DNA from: a virus
Lineage: Duplodnaviria > Caudoviricetes
Virus record (IMG/VR): IMGVR_UViG_3300028624_000004
Coordinates: 96,001-160,000 of that record
Reading direction: 5' to 3' (one strand)
DNA: 64,000 nt
Position numbers and translations under genes: made by a program. Below are positions 1 to 14,015 of the stretch, piece by piece. Within the stretch, counting starts at the first letter, position 1. Every line of letters starts with the position of its first letter. The notes beneath the pieces were generated by a model. It ran no database searches. It had not been told where the DNA came from and saw only the letters and a program-made list of their open reading frames with translations.

Positions 1-1
1 C

Positions 2-2500
<2,499 letters not shown>

Positions 2501-2503
2501 TTT

Positions 2504-2878
2504 ATGGCTACTTCTAATTTTAAATTGATTACTGCGATTGGATCTGTAAGGGTTGTTCAAAGCACAGATAGTGTTTCATCGGTAATTTTTTCAAAAGTAT
2601 CATATCCTTATTATGCATATGAATCGACTTTTTCATATATAGATGGTTCCGACCCTATGAACGTAGATGGTGTTGGTGACATGGAGACTGCTTCTGGTGG
2701 GACGCCAAACATAACGGCTGCTGGTTGGAGTGTATTTGATTTAGAAATGTTTGACGCTGGAATAATAACTGGATATCCTGATAGTATATTCTTTGTGGAA
2801 TTCATTACTGGTTCAGAGGGGGATATTGATCCATGGACTGGTTATCCGCCGTGGTATCCGTGGATGTCACATAGTTAA
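2504..2878 (+). CDS. Hypothetical protein in tail-fibre module
   Basis: ORF abutting fibre gene, same strand. Confidence 0.6.
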   Translation: MATSNFKLITAIGSVRVVQSTDSVSSVIFSKVSYPYYAYESTFSYIDGSDPMNVDGVGDMETASGGTPNITAAGWSVFDLEMFDAGIITGYPDSIFFVEFITGSEGDIDPWTGYPPWYPWMSHS

Positions 2879-2906
2879 ACTATAATAAATAAAAGAAGAG
2901 AAACAT

Positions 2907-4817
2907 ATGGCTACATTTACCTATGACAATATAACATATACAGCACTTTTCCTTGATCCATCTGCTGGGTCGAATGGTTCGGGCGTGTCAACCAGCGATC
3001 CATTAAATACATTGCCTACATTTTCTACCATTGCAGCAAACACGGCACTTATAATAAGAAGAACAGCAACATCTATTGTTTTTACGGCTGGTCAAACAAA
3101 CGGAAACGCAAACATTATCTTCGCTGGTTCACCAAGAGCAACCGACCCGCTTTATTATGTTGTTCCAAATGCTTCTGATTGGGAATCGGATGTACCTGAC
3201 ACCGCAACTATTTCTATAACAGGAAATTCTACAGCAAGCGGTATTAGGTTTGACGGTGCTAATATATATGTTGAAAATTTAACTCTTTCCCAAACATCAA
3301 CAGGTGGAAATCAAGCTGCTGGAACAAGCGCAATACTTCACATATCATCAGTATCACCAAGAATAAGAAAAACAAATATAAATGTCGCCGGATTCTCATA
3401 CGATAACACAGGAACATATGGTGGAATATACAGATATGCTGTTCTTTCAAAGTGCGAAAACTTCTCCATGAGTGATTGCTATATTGAAGTTCCAAATGGC
3501 GGAGTTCATTTATTAACTGCTGCTAACAATATCAATATTTCAAATACAATAATAAAAAATTACGCTTCTACCGGACAATCATATTCCATATTTAATACGG
3601 GTGGGTCTTATAGATACTACGGATGCAAAATATACAATAAATCAAATGTAGGGCAGAAAATTTATCATGGAGCGTCGTCGTCTGGTGAAGTAACAAACTG
3701 CACAATAGTTGACGAATATCTTTCAGCCAACGGAACTTCATTTTATAACCAATCGGGATCTTGCAATATAATCAATAGTGTATTTTATTCTAAGCCGAGG
3801 GGAGGCACAGGTATCAGATACATGCTTTATATAGGAGCATCAAATAATATCATTAAAGGATGTATTTTTGAAACGCAAGACGATCAGAGTACAGATGGTG
3901 ATAATATAGCAGTCCACGCTAACGGAGATTCGCAATTCTATGATTGTATATTTAATATTGCTGGCATGCCATTCGCGGGGTCAACACACGCAAAAGTTAT
4001 AAGTAACTGTACATTATCAGGAAATATACTTACGCAAATTCCGTTGTTTGTGGAAAATATAACAGCATTTAAAAACGCAAGTGCTTCTTATCCCATTTCG
4101 GTCATAAATAAAGCAACACTTTATATGGGAACATTAACGATGAGTCATGTGCCCACAACAAATAGAAGGTTTAATTTAAATTCTGAAGGAAATATATTTA
4201 TTGATAATTTAGATGTATTTTTAGGAACCGGATCTGCGTATTCATATCTTAATTTCAACGGCAATGAAAAATGTGCAATTTATACTAAAAACGAAGTAAC
4301 TGTTGGTAACTGGAACGCTCGCAGCTTAAAAACATACATGAATACTACTAATACATATAGAAGTTCGGGGAAAAACTATTCTATAAAGTGTCAATCATTT
4401 GCTGCTCCAACAACATCGACTTTGCTTCCTTATTTGTGGATAGCGCCATTACCATTTGCCGGTATTCCTGTTACTTTTGGAACAACGGGACAAAAGAAAA
4501 TAATTATGTATTTTGCACATAAACTCTACGATACAAATGGAGTAACCCGCAATGATTTAATTCTTCAAGCAGATATTCCAGATAGCTCTTCTCCAAGTGG
4601 ATATACAACTGTATCCTCATATGATAATTTCATTTCTATAGCGGATTCTTCAGTATGGAATAATGATACAGGACTAACAGCCATGAGATTGGAACTTCCG
4701 TTTAACTTAACAACTGCTGGAGAAGTTAGATGTAGAATAGGATTCTTTAAATACAACGCATCGTATCAAACAGGGTATGTTGTAGTAGACACTGGACTTA
4801 TAGGAAGCGACATCTAA
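2907..4817 (+). CDS. Right-handed beta-helix (pectin-lyase-like) tail spike/structural protein
   Basis: Repeating Asn/Ile/Cys-rich strands (SDCYIE, TNCTI, KGCIF, YDCIF, SNCTL); position between fibre genes. Confidence 0.65.
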   Translation: MATFTYDNITYTALFLDPSAGSNGSGVSTSDPLNTLPTFSTIAANTALIIRRTATSIVFTAGQTNGNANIIFAGSPRATDPLYYVVPNASDWESDVPDTATISITGNSTASGIRFDGANIYVENLTLSQTSTGGNQAAGTSAILHISSVSPRIRKTNINVAGFSYDNTGTYGGIYRYAVLSKCENFSMSDCYIEVPNGGVHLLTAANNINISNTIIKNYASTGQSYSIFNTGGSYRYYGCKIYNKSNVGQKIYHGASSSGEVTNCTIVDEYLSANGTSFYNQSGSCNIINSVFYSKPRGGTGIRYMLYIGASNNIIKGCIFETQDDQSTDGDNIAVHANGDSQFYDCIFNIAGMPFAGSTHAKVISNCTLSGNILTQIPLFVENITAFKNASASYPISVINKATLYMGTLTMSHVPTTNRRFNLNSEGNIFIDNLDVFLGTGSAYSYLNFNGNEKCAIYTKNEVTVGNWNARSLKTYMNTTNTYRSSGKNYSIKCQSFAAPTTSTLLPYLWIAPLPFAGIPVTFGTTGQKKIIMYFAHKLYDTNGVTRNDLILQADIPDSSSPSGYTTVSSYDNFISIADSSVWNNDTGLTAMRLELPFNLTTAGEVRCRIGFFKYNASYQTGYVVVDTGLIGSDI

Positions 4818-4826
4818 GGAATAAAA

Positions 4827-7802
4827 ATGGCATTTCACCCCAATGTAAAATTTTTAGATAATGTTACTTCTGATATCCAAAATCAGATAAACAATATATC
4901 TGGTGGAGCCGGTGCGACGGGAGCAACTGGCGTTGGAACAACTGGAGCTACTGGAGCCACTGGAGTTTCTGGCAGCGAGGGGGCAACTGGTGCAACTGGT
5001 CCCGCTGGCAGCGGTGCGACGGGGGCTACTGGAATTGCTGGAAGTGACGGCGCAACTGGAGCCACGGGTGTAACAGGAGCAACTGGTCCTGCTGGCAGTG
5101 GAGAAACCGGAGCGACTGGTGCAACAGGAGTTGCTGGAAGTGATGGAGCTACTGGAGCCACTGGTCCAGCGGGTAGCGGAGCAACTGGAGCAACTGGAGT
5201 TTCTGGTAGCGAGGGGGCAACTGGAGCAACTGGTCCTGCTGGCAGCGGAGCTACTGGAGCAACTGGAGTTGCCGGAAGTGATGGAGCTACCGGAGCAACT
5301 GGAGTTGCCGGAAGTGACGGTGCTACTGGGGCGACTGGCAGTGGAGCTACTGGAGCCACTGGAGTTTCTGGAAGTGATGGTGCTACCGGAGCTACTGGTG
5401 TTGCTGGGGCAACTGGTCCTGCTGGATCTGGATTAACCGACGCCCCTGTTAACGGAAATGTATATGGCAGAAAGGACGGGGCGTGGGTCGAAGTAACTTC
5501 GGTTGCAATTAGTGGATCGCTAGAACCATCTGATACTGAATATCTCATTTTAGATTCATGCATTGAAAGATCTGTTTCTGCTTATCTCAATGTTGATGAT
5601 AGTAAACAAATGCTGTATGGGTGTGTCTATAGTGGTAAAAATCTTAACGGCACCGTTTCTGACCCCCATACTACTTTTTTGAGTTTTAGTAATGAATTTA
5701 CAAATTTTCAAGCGGGGTCTTCAAATGTAGCGCAAGGAACGACCGCATCTGCTCTATACAACTATGGGGGAAGTTATGGTCCAGAAAAGGCAGTCGATGG
5801 TATAGATAACGCTGCTGGAGACAATAGATGGTCGGGGAATTCTACCACTACCCCCCAATGGTTTAAGATAGATTTTGGTGAAGGCAATGAAAAAGTCGTC
5901 ATTAAGATGATATTATATAGATCAACATATGACGGAACGAGAGAGTTTACATTCCAGGGGAGCAACGATGATTCCTTGTGGAGTGATTTGTATGTATCGT
6001 CAAATATAGGCGCTCCTACAGGAAATCCACAGCAAATAGAATTCACATGGTCAAATTCAGTAGCTTATCGCTACTATAGGTTATACATTACAAATGTAGT
6101 GACAAATTCACCAACATATTGTGAAATTAAACTTTATGACAATATTATAGTAGAAGACGCATTACTAACGACAACAACAATGTCAGTGTCGGGAGAGCCA
6201 AATGAAGCGGTGGTTTCTGTAATAGCCAACTTAGGAAATAATGTAGTAAATGATGATTTTGTCTTTAGTATTAGTAATGATGGTGGGCAAAATTACGATG
6301 TTGTGAATATAGAAAATTCAGGTCAAATACTTCCACTTCCCGCAAACTATGTTTTGTATACCGGAATATGTGAATTGACTTCAAGAAATTCTAGTGATAT
6401 GAGAGTAAAGATTCAGGTAAACGGATCTGAGCCTGTATTTATTAAGTCCTTTGCCGTCCAATACGTAAAAAGCAGAGATGAAGAATGGTATGTTGGTCCT
6501 ACTGGCGCAACAGGTGCCTCTGGACCTGTCGGGGCAACTGGTGCTGCTGGTTCTGGTGGCGTCACATGGAGTCAACCTGTTGGCTCGCCGGTGACACTGG
6601 CAGATGATGAAGAAGTATCCATTACACATCCGTCAGTAACAAATGAGAAACTACAAGTTGTAGTTTGGATGGACGTTGCTCAGACCGGACAGACATGGAA
6701 TGATCTTGATTTTGATTTGGCTGATGAGAGTGCATTTGTTCAAGAATTAAGTGGAGAAGGAACATTATTTTCGTCTGGGTCTATAACGCTTGGTGGTGTT
6801 TTTTCTGGTGATCCCGAATTAGCCGTTCCGCAAATGACTAATTATACTGTTCCTAGCGGTGAGGCATCAGCATCAACAGACCCCTATCCACAATGGTATC
6901 CTGCCTGGAAAGTTTTTAATAGAGCTAATGCGGTAGAGACAGACGCATGGACAACGCTTGAAAACGTTCAATATGGTACACCCGCAAGCTGGCAGTGGGT
7001 AAAATATGACTTTGGTTCGGGTAATGCTGTTTACATGAGTAATTATTCATTTAGAGCAAGAAATAATTCGCCTAATTATGCTCCCAAAATATGGCTCATG
7101 CAGGGATCAAATGATAATAGCACATGGATTGATCTAGAACCAGAAAGAACTAAAGAGTCATGGTCTTCACAAGAATTATATGAGAGTACTCTTACTTCCC
7201 CAGGAACTTACCGTTATATTAGATTGCTTGTTAAGGAATCAACAACTTCATCAGGATTGTCTATCAGTGATTGGCGACCACAGACTAGAGAAATTGCTTA
7301 TCCAACAGATACATGGTATTGGGTAAGAACTAATACTAATACATTTAATTTATCCCAAGCAAACGAAATAGTAAGCATAACACCAACGGTATCATCACCA
7401 ACAAATACAGATTTAAGGTGGTTGGTTTCGTTTGATGGGAATCAGACTTGGAAGAAGTGGGCTGGAAGTAGTTGGAATGATTTCAACGGAGGGCTATCTG
7501 ATATTAGTGGAGGTAATAGTACGGCAGAGGTTCAGACGGGATTGAGTAACTATGAAATACAGGAAGGAGATACATCATTGGGCTTTGCGTGGGGATTATT
7601 CACCACGAACAATCAAGCATCTCCAGTAATAGATGCGGTTGTTGTTACTTATAACGAAGCATCGCGTTATGATCCCGCAATAATCGGTGGATATTCAAGT
7701 AGCATAGCCGAATTTGGTGTAAGAAGAATATCACCAACGGAAACTAAAATAAAGAATCTCACAGGAACAACTCAAAAGATACATGCGAGCGTGATAACAT
7801 GA
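4827..7802 (+). CDS. Collagen-like fibre with two discoidin (F5/8 type C-like) carbohydrate-binding domains
   Basis: GAT/GPA triplets; two W..IDFG/YDFG...QGSND..W...YRY.RL units. Confidence 0.8.
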   Translation: MAFHPNVKFLDNVTSDIQNQINNISGGAGATGATGVGTTGATGATGVSGSEGATGATGPAGSGATGATGIAGSDGATGATGVTGATGPAGSGETGATGATGVAGSDGATGATGPAGSGATGATGVSGSEGATGATGPAGSGATGATGVAGSDGATGATGVAGSDGATGATGSGATGATGVSGSDGATGATGVAGATGPAGSGLTDAPVNGNVYGRKDGAWVEVTSVAISGSLEPSDTEYLILDSCIERSVSAYLNVDDSKQMLYGCVYSGKNLNGTVSDPHTTFLSFSNEFTNFQAGSSNVAQGTTASALYNYGGSYGPEKAVDGIDNAAGDNRWSGNSTTTPQWFKIDFGEGNEKVVIKMILYRSTYDGTREFTFQGSNDDSLWSDLYVSSNIGAPTGNPQQIEFTWSNSVAYRYYRLYITNVVTNSPTYCEIKLYDNIIVEDALLTTTTMSVSGEPNEAVVSVIANLGNNVVNDDFVFSISNDGGQNYDVVNIENSGQILPLPANYVLYTGICELTSRNSSDMRVKIQVNGSEPVFIKSFAVQYVKSRDEEWYVGPTGATGASGPVGATGAAGSGGVTWSQPVGSPVTLADDEEVSITHPSVTNEKLQVVVWMDVAQTGQTWNDLDFDLADESAFVQELSGEGTLFSSGSITLGGVFSGDPELAVPQMTNYTVPSGEASASTDPYPQWYPAWKVFNRANAVETDAWTTLENVQYGTPASWQWVKYDFGSGNAVYMSNYSFRARNNSPNYAPKIWLMQGSNDNSTWIDLEPERTKESWSSQELYESTLTSPGTYRYIRLLVKESTTSSGLSISDWRPQTREIAYPTDTWYWVRTNTNTFNLSQANEIVSITPTVSSPTNTDLRWLVSFDGNQTWKKWAGSSWNDFNGGLSDISGGNSTAEVQTGLSNYEIQEGDTSLGFAWGLFTTNNQASPVIDAVVVTYNEASRYDPAIIGGYSSSIAEFGVRRISPTETKIKNLTGTTQKIHASVIT

Positions 7803-8176
7803 GTATTATAGATGCAAAAAGAGCAGCAATTACATATGCTGTTAATAAAGAAAGAGAAAGAAGACTGAATACTATTATTGTAACTGTTGATGGCATTCCT
7901 TTCGATGGCGATCCAATATCCAGAGACAATATGGCTGGGTTGCTAACTGCCACTGCTAATGGTGTTCCGGTTCCATGGTCAGTGCCATGGCGCTGTGCTG
8001 ACAACATCACTAGACCATTGTCTTATACTACTGCTATACAGGTTTCTGCTGCTATTATCGGAGAAATTCAGAGGATATATTCTGCTTGTTGGTATATTAA
8101 GGATGAAATAATACCTAATTTAACTATAGAACAGATTCAAGAATTTGATGTTACAAATAATGAATTATGGGAATAA
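7799..8176 (+). CDS. Tail-fibre-associated protein (DUF4376-like)
   Basis: [16 protein letters not shown]...WRCADN motif; directly after fibre gene. Confidence 0.65.
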   Translation: MSIIDAKRAAITYAVNKERERRLNTIIVTVDGIPFDGDPISRDNMAGLLTATANGVPVPWSVPWRCADNITRPLSYTTAIQVSAAIIGEIQRIYSACWYIKDEIIPNLTIEQIQEFDVTNNELWE

Positions 8177-8180
8177 CGAT

Positions 8181-8519
8181 ATGTCTATTATTAATAACAT
8201 CTCACCCGAAAATAGAATAAGTGCGGCATGGACTGCGGCTAATACCTTTGCAGAATCGCAAATGGACACAAACAGCAGGCATTCTATAAATCTTCTATTG
8301 GCTAGACACACTATATCACCATTAAGTGATATTCAATTTCAGAGAATATTAGAATATAGTGTTTGGTGGGAAGCGATATGGACACATTACAAGCAAGTAA
8401 AAGATTCTATTAATCAGGGTGTTGACGCTAGATTTGATCCAACAGTCCCCGGAAAATGCCCATGGACTATATGGCAAATATCCAATCCTGTTCCTATTCC
8501 AGACTTCCCAGATCGTTAA
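8181..8519 (+). CDS. Hypothetical tail-module protein
   Basis: ORF; start taken at MSIINN, which resembles the start of the previous gene (MSIIDA). Confidence 0.55.
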   Translation: MSIINNISPENRISAAWTAANTFAESQMDTNSRHSINLLLARHTISPLSDIQFQRILEYSVWWEAIWTHYKQVKDSINQGVDARFDPTVPGKCPWTIWQISNPVPIPDFPDR

Positions 8520-8546
8520 TAAAATATATTATGATATAATAATATC

Positions 8547-8927
8547 ATGGGAACAATATATGTCGTTGCTATTCTTTTAGTTTATGGGATAACTAACATA
8601 ATAGTTAATTCCTCTCTATTCGAGCCATTTAGAAACTATATATCTACTAAAGTGGATACCAACAAAGCAATGCTCTACTTTTACAGGCTTATAACCTGTA
8701 TGATGTGCCTTGGTTTCTGGGTGGGGGCTTTCGTCGGCTACTTCTATGGTCCCTTCCACCCATTTAACATTATTTTCAACGGTGCCCTGTATTCTGGGGC
8801 AATATGGATACTTCATTGCGTCGTTATGTTCCTTGGGAATGGCTTCGACCCAGCAAGAACTATAAATATGGGAAGCAGCGAAACCATTAATGTAAAGGTC
8901 GTAAAAGATGAGCATCCAGAAAGTTAA
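8547..8927 (+). CDS. DUF1360-like membrane protein
   Basis: LFEPFR...LITCMMCLGFWVG signature, hydrophobic helices. Confidence 0.75.
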   Translation: MGTIYVVAILLVYGITNIIVNSSLFEPFRNYISTKVDTNKAMLYFYRLITCMMCLGFWVGAFVGYFYGPFHPFNIIFNGALYSGAIWILHCVVMFLGNGFDPARTINMGSSETINVKVVKDEHPES

Positions 8928-9246
8928 ATCAGTTCTTAATAATGTTCTCTACGAAACACACTCGCCTCGTGGTTTACTGGAGTTCACATGGAGCAAAGAA
9001 GACGCTGATAACGCCCAAACCGCATTCCAAGAAGCCCGTAAGAAGCTTAAGTCCATTGGTATAACAAACATAGACATTCAGCCCATGTCCCAGCGGGTCA
9101 TGGTCGTTTTGAACAAGACGCAGGAACCCATCGTTACAGATATAATGAATGAGCTTGGATTTCAACTAATCAATACGATTTTTGACCCAAGTAAGCAAGA
9201 AGGGGTGCCATCATGGTACAACCCAACTTTGCCGCACAATCGCTAA
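8908..9246 (+). CDS. Hypothetical protein
   Basis: ORF overlapping previous gene. Confidence 0.55.
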   Translation: MSIQKVKSVLNNVLYETHSPRGLLEFTWSKEDADNAQTAFQEARKKLKSIGITNIDIQPMSQRVMVVLNKTQEPIVTDIMNELGFQLINTIFDPSKQEGVPSWYNPTLPHNR

Positions 9247-9477
9247 TAAAAACATCATAAAAACATAGTTTAAAAGAAAGAACATAGGAGAACTTATGGC
9301 TATTGAGGATTTGCTTGAGAGTATTGACAAAGTAACTAACGAGATAAAGAAAAAGTACCCTAAAGGAGCATATAGAGTCCGTATAGCGAATGCCAAGTCG
9401 CTCACTTCCTACAATGTTGAAAAAAATGATATAGTTCATTGGCATGTGGTATACTTGGATAATCTTAGGAGGCAATT

Positions 9478-10248
9478 GTGAAATCAGTTATATTGGCAGG
9501 CGGTCGTGGAACTAGATTAAATATTCAGACACAGATTCATAACAAGCATCTTCTGCCTGTGTATTCGTCTCAGGGAGCTTATCCTATGATATGCTACCCA
9601 CTCCAGACTCTTATTAAGAGTGGCTCCCGAGATACTCTTATCATATCATCCCAGGAACATTGTGGCGACATTATAGAGTTTCTTGGCGATGGTGAAAAGT
9701 TTGGAACTTCTTTGACATATCGTATTCAGGATCACAATGACCCTACCCGCCCTGTCGGCATCGCCTCTGCAATGAAGCTCATTTCGGGATTTGTTCGTGA
9801 CGAGCCGTTCGCTGTTATACTTGGTGATAATTTCTACGAGGATTCCTTTGTAGCAGAATTCCGTGCCTTTGAAGAAACCTACGAAGCTACGAAACTTCCG
9901 GGCGCTCATATCTTCTTAAAGGAAGTAGATGACATACGGAGATTTGGATGTGCTAAATTTGAAGGAGATACTATAGTTGATATTATAGAGAAGCCTAAAG
10001 ATCCTCCTAGCAACTTCGCCGTTTCTGGATTATATCTTTATACGCCAGATGCACTTGATATACTTCCTTCGCTTGTGCCATCTGGGCGCGGCGAGCTAGA
10101 AGTGAGTGACCTTAATGCACATTACGTAAAAAGAAATAGTATGACACATACTATTGTCAATGGCTTTTGGCACGACCTCGGAACTCCAGAAAGTATGTTA
10201 TATGGTCAGAAATGGATAAACGACAATAACTATAAGGTGACTATATGA
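9478..10248 (+). CDS. rmlA: Glucose-1-phosphate thymidylyltransferase-family sugar nucleotidyltransferase
   Basis: ILAGGRGTRL, NKHLLPVY, ILGDN, IEKP, SGRGELEVSD, WHDLGT motifs. Confidence 0.9.
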   Translation: MKSVILAGGRGTRLNIQTQIHNKHLLPVYSSQGAYPMICYPLQTLIKSGSRDTLIISSQEHCGDIIEFLGDGEKFGTSLTYRIQDHNDPTRPVGIASAMKLISGFVRDEPFAVILGDNFYEDSFVAEFRAFEETYEATKLPGAHIFLKEVDDIRRFGCAKFEGDTIVDIIEKPKDPPSNFAVSGLYLYTPDALDILPSLVPSGRGELEVSDLNAHYVKRNSMTHTIVNGFWHDLGTPESMLYGQKWINDNNYKVTI

Positions 10249-10694
10249 AATATAAGAACATCAGTGGAATGCGTCAAGTTGTTGTTATAAGTGGCGTTAA
10301 GACCCAAATATTAAGTGACGATGTATTTGAATCCGATAGAGAGCTTAAGATTGCTTTTCTTGAAAGAGTATCCGACGATTCGCCAGTAACAGTCAAGCCA
10401 GGAAAAAGATTTTCTTCGGTTGTCAATCTCCAACAAAAAGTTACTTCATTGGAACAAAGGCAACAAGTAGTTGCCGAATCATCTAATGAAGTTAAAAGTC
10501 TTAAAGACGAAAATACGCAACTTAAGGAACAAGTCAAGGATATGCTACATCGCCAGGAAAAACTTGAAAACGAAACTAATAGAAAACTTGAAATGATGAA
10601 GACGGCTATTATGATGCTTCAAGAGGACTTCTATGCGGTTGAGTTTGATGAGAACGGAAAGGCGGTGGAAAAGGATGCCACCTTTCCCCAATGA
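10245..10694 (+). CDS. Coiled-coil hypothetical protein
   Basis: Heptad-rich C-terminal half. Confidence 0.6.
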   Translation: MKYKNISGMRQVVVISGVKTQILSDDVFESDRELKIAFLERVSDDSPVTVKPGKRFSSVVNLQQKVTSLEQRQQVVAESSNEVKSLKDENTQLKEQVKDMLHRQEKLENETNRKLEMMKTAIMMLQEDFYAVEFDENGKAVEKDATFPQ

Positions 10695-10778
10695 TTTTGA
10701 CCCCGAAAACGATTTCATTATACTTGGGATATAGCCATTACTAATTGGTTTATTTTTTCTTTTTGATATAATCAAATT

Positions 10779-11249
10779 ATGCAAATCAGATTCAATAGTA
10801 TTCCCGTTGATGTTCCTTCAAAAAAGACATCACGGATATTTACGAGAGAAGTTCTTCAAGATATCGCAAACCAAATAAACATAGCAACAGCGGAAATTCC
10901 TATTATCAACCATGTTGGTGATAGAACGGAATGGGAGTCTTCAAGATCCTGTGGGACCGTGATAAAAGGATCTGCCAATATAGTTGATAATGTATTGACA
11001 ATGGAAGCCAGATTCTTCAATAAAGATTTCTTCCTCGCCCACCCTTATGAATTTTCACCGAATATGGCTAACATAGATCCAACATCTGGTAACATGATGG
11101 AGAAGCTCACACTCCTTGATGCCATAGAATACTCTCCTGTTGGAATCGGTGACGTTGAAATTGTTGGCGAAGGTTGCGATTGTCGCCGTATTGTCAAGAG
11201 TTATAACCTTCTATACGTCTATGGTCAACCAAAGGGGATTCTTGCATGA
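10779..11249 (+). CDS. Hypothetical protein, weakly prohead-protease-like
   Basis: DVPSKKTSRIFTREVL resembles the N.NGRIY.REVL opening of phage prohead proteases; catalytic residues not confirmed. Confidence 0.4.
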   Translation: MQIRFNSIPVDVPSKKTSRIFTREVLQDIANQINIATAEIPIINHVGDRTEWESSRSCGTVIKGSANIVDNVLTMEARFFNKDFFLAHPYEFSPNMANIDPTSGNMMEKLTLLDAIEYSPVGIGDVEIVGEGCDCRRIVKSYNLLYVYGQPKGILA

Positions 11250-11752
11250 ATAAAGTATATCTTACACAAGAAGAGTTTACAAACATGACTCTGGACTTGG
11301 GTAGACGAATAATGTCATCAAGAAGAAAGTTTTTCAATGTTTATGGGATAGAGCGTGGCGGTGTATATGTCAGTGAACCAGTTTCAAAATATCTCCTGAC
11401 CGATCATCGCACATTTAAGATTTCTTTTTACTCTGAGAAGGATTCGGTTAATCCTGATCCCGTTTATGACTTTAAGAGGTTTGATTTCGAGCATATCAGA
11501 AAGACATCATATGTGCCGTTTCTTTTGGTTGATGATCTTCTTGACGGCGGCAATACCTTAAATTGGTTTATAGAGAAAACTAAACTTGTTCAAGGAAAAC
11601 ATTTTCATTTTGCTTGTCTTTATTACAATCCAAATAACAAGTTTGGCTTAAAGCCCAATTTCTGGATAAGAGAAAAGAAAGAAAACGAGTGGATAGTATT
11701 TCCACACGAAGCAAAGAGAGAAGCTGAAAAGCAACTGACAGCATCCGTATGA
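11246..11752 (+). CDS. Type I (purine-type) phosphoribosyltransferase
   Basis: GIERGG, LLVDDLLDGGNTL PRPP-binding loop, WIVFPHE. Confidence 0.85.
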   Translation: MNKVYLTQEEFTNMTLDLGRRIMSSRRKFFNVYGIERGGVYVSEPVSKYLLTDHRTFKISFYSEKDSVNPDPVYDFKRFDFEHIRKTSYVPFLLVDDLLDGGNTLNWFIEKTKLVQGKHFHFACLYYNPNNKFGLKPNFWIREKKENEWIVFPHEAKREAEKQLTASV

Positions 11753-12396
11753 GTGATAAAAACTACAAGGTTCATGTTCACCAGTATAAAAACGGCGCTA
11801 TACTTGGTCAAATAAAAGATAACGATGTTGTTGTCAAGGAGATTTGGCAGGATCCCGTCATGAACCCAAAAGTCACCTTACATTTTCTTCGTAAACAAGT
11901 TGAGATGATGGTGTGGTTAGATAGAATATAATTTATTCTTGATTTATATTTTTTGGCGTGTATCATGGGTTCAAGGAACTCACATATGAAACAGACACCA
12001 AATGAAAAAGAATTCTTCCAGTCTCTTTACGACCTCTGTCGCAAACATAAAGTCAATATGGTTTCGCAGCAGGTTGAAATAAAGAAACCCAAAGGCGATG
12101 CATATACTGTTTATGACTGGGTTGAAATCACCGGAGCATGGAACATTCGTCCCGAAAACGAAGCTGTCGTCATGAATAGATTAGACGAACCTGCAACTGG
12201 ATCTACTTTTGTCATAAAGGGACAGGAATGACACTTATAGAAACTTTCTGTCAGCTTTATAAAGCATCTATGAAAAATCACGAAACTGCTGTTAAGCTAG
12301 CTCCAAGAATTTCTGAAATATGGAATGACATGTCAGATTTAGACCGTGAAATTGCAACTTCTCTTTTGAAGCTGCCCAAGACCTCAGAAACGGATT

Positions 12397-13095
12397 ATGA
12401 AAAAGATGCTTAATATAGACTCATCAGCGTCATTGGCGAAAGTCATTGATCACTCTATTCTTAGACCCAACTTCACCGAATTAGAAGTTGAGAAAGAGAT
12501 AAGAATAGCCTTAAAGTGGAATGTAGCATCGGTATGTGTTATGCCATGCTATCTTCCGCTTGTTGTCAATATGCTTAGAGGAACTTCTATTTACCCATGT
12601 ACGGTATCTGGATTTCCACTTGGCTATATAGGACAGATAAACAAAATATTTGGTGTTCGCAACTCCATTCATTCTGGTGCTAAAGAAATTGATCATGTTA
12701 TCAATATAAGCAAAGTGGTCAGTGAAAAGTGGAATGAAGTTGAACATGAAGTTCAAACCGTGACCAACGAATGTCACTCAAAAAACGCTAAGATAAAAAT
12801 AATCTTTGAAAATTGCTACTTGACAGACGCTCAGAAAGTCAAGTTGACAAGAATATGCTGCCGCAACGATGTAGATTGGATAAAGACATCCACTGGATTC
12901 GGACCATCTGGTGCCAAGTTATTCGATGTCGAACTTATGATGTCGCATGTCAGTGGATCTACACAAGTTAAGGCTGCCGGTGGTATAAAGACATTTGAAG
13001 ACATGCTCGCATACGTCAAAGCAGGATGTACTCGGTGCGGCTGTTCGTCAACTGATGAAGTATTGACAAAGGCAAGGGAGTTTTATGGATGCTAA
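12397..13095 (+). CDS. deoC: Deoxyribose-phosphate aldolase
   Basis: IDHSILRP, GFPLG, GAKEID.VIN, KTSTGF Schiff-base Lys, VKAAGGI. Confidence 0.93.
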   Translation: MKKMLNIDSSASLAKVIDHSILRPNFTELEVEKEIRIALKWNVASVCVMPCYLPLVVNMLRGTSIYPCTVSGFPLGYIGQINKIFGVRNSIHSGAKEIDHVINISKVVSEKWNEVEHEVQTVTNECHSKNAKIKIIFENCYLTDAQKVKLTRICCRNDVDWIKTSTGFGPSGAKLFDVELMMSHVSGSTQVKAAGGIKTFEDMLAYVKAGCTRCGCSSTDEVLTKAREFYGC

Positions 13096-13369
13096 AGCTA
13101 TAGAGAGAATCCGTGAGTATGTTAGTGAGGTCAACCCTAAAGCCATCGTATTCGACGGACTTGACGCCGCCATTATTGGGGTTGCTAATCAACATGGCTC
13201 CGAAACCGTGATTGCTTATAGCGAATCCAAAATTCTTTATTGTCTTATGGACGATAATGGATGGGACATGGAAGAGGCACGGGAGTGGTATGACTACAAC
13301 ATCGCATGCCTTGGAGTAACAGACGGCACACCTGTCATCGTCATGGATGCATGGAAGGATGAAGTATGA
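13085..13369 (+). CDS. Conserved phage hypothetical protein
   Basis: DGLDAAIIGV...EEAREWYDYNI...TPVIV, a motif recognised from large phages. Confidence 0.7.
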   Translation: MDAKAIERIREYVSEVNPKAIVFDGLDAAIIGVANQHGSETVIAYSESKILYCLMDDNGWDMEEAREWYDYNIACLGVTDGTPVIVMDAWKDEV

Positions 13370-13400
13370 TAAAAACAATAACCATAGAGGAACTACCAGA

Positions 13401-14012
13401 ATGAAAGTAACCTACCAGTCAAACGTTCCAGCCAAGACAGAAGACATTGCGAAGTTCGTTGAATTCCCGCATGTTGTCTATGTCAACAAGTTTGACGAAG
13501 AATCCGCAAAGGGATTCTATGTGGAGTTTACTAAGGCACAATCTTCTCAGCAACCTGTTATTCCTATAGTGATAGATTCCTATGGTGGACATATCGACTC
13601 TCTCTTCCATATGATTGACATCTGCCGTGCCTCCAAGAAGACTATAGCAACCATCGTTATGGGTAAGGCAATGTCTTGTGGCGCTGTATTGGCGACATGT
13701 GGCTGGCATGGTTATAGGTTCGCCTCTCCACTGTCGAGAATTATGATACATGATGCTTTGTCCATGTCATGGGGCAAGGTAGAAGATGTCAAGGTTGACG
13801 CAACCGAGTTGGGCAGATTGAACGATACTCTGTATGGCATCATGGCAGAAAACTGCCGTAAGCCCAATAGATACTTCTGGGATATCGTCCAAGCAAAGGG
13901 AAGATCTGATTGGTATTTAACTGCTCAAGAAGCTCATGAACACAACCTCATCAACCACATACGGATTCCCGAAATCAAGATCAGTCTGAATGTCAACTAC
14001 CAGTTCGAGTGA
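13401..14012 (+). CDS. clpP: ClpP-family protease
   Basis: IDSYGG, GKAMSCGAVL (Ser), IMIHD (His), DWYLTAQEA; GAGG RBS before 13401. Confidence 0.88.
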   Translation: MKVTYQSNVPAKTEDIAKFVEFPHVVYVNKFDEESAKGFYVEFTKAQSSQQPVIPIVIDSYGGHIDSLFHMIDICRASKKTIATIVMGKAMSCGAVLATCGWHGYRFASPLSRIMIHDALSMSWGKVEDVKVDATELGRLNDTLYGIMAENCRKPNRYFWDIVQAKGRSDWYLTAQEAHEHNLINHIRIPEIKISLNVNYQFE

Positions 14013-14015
14013 CAT

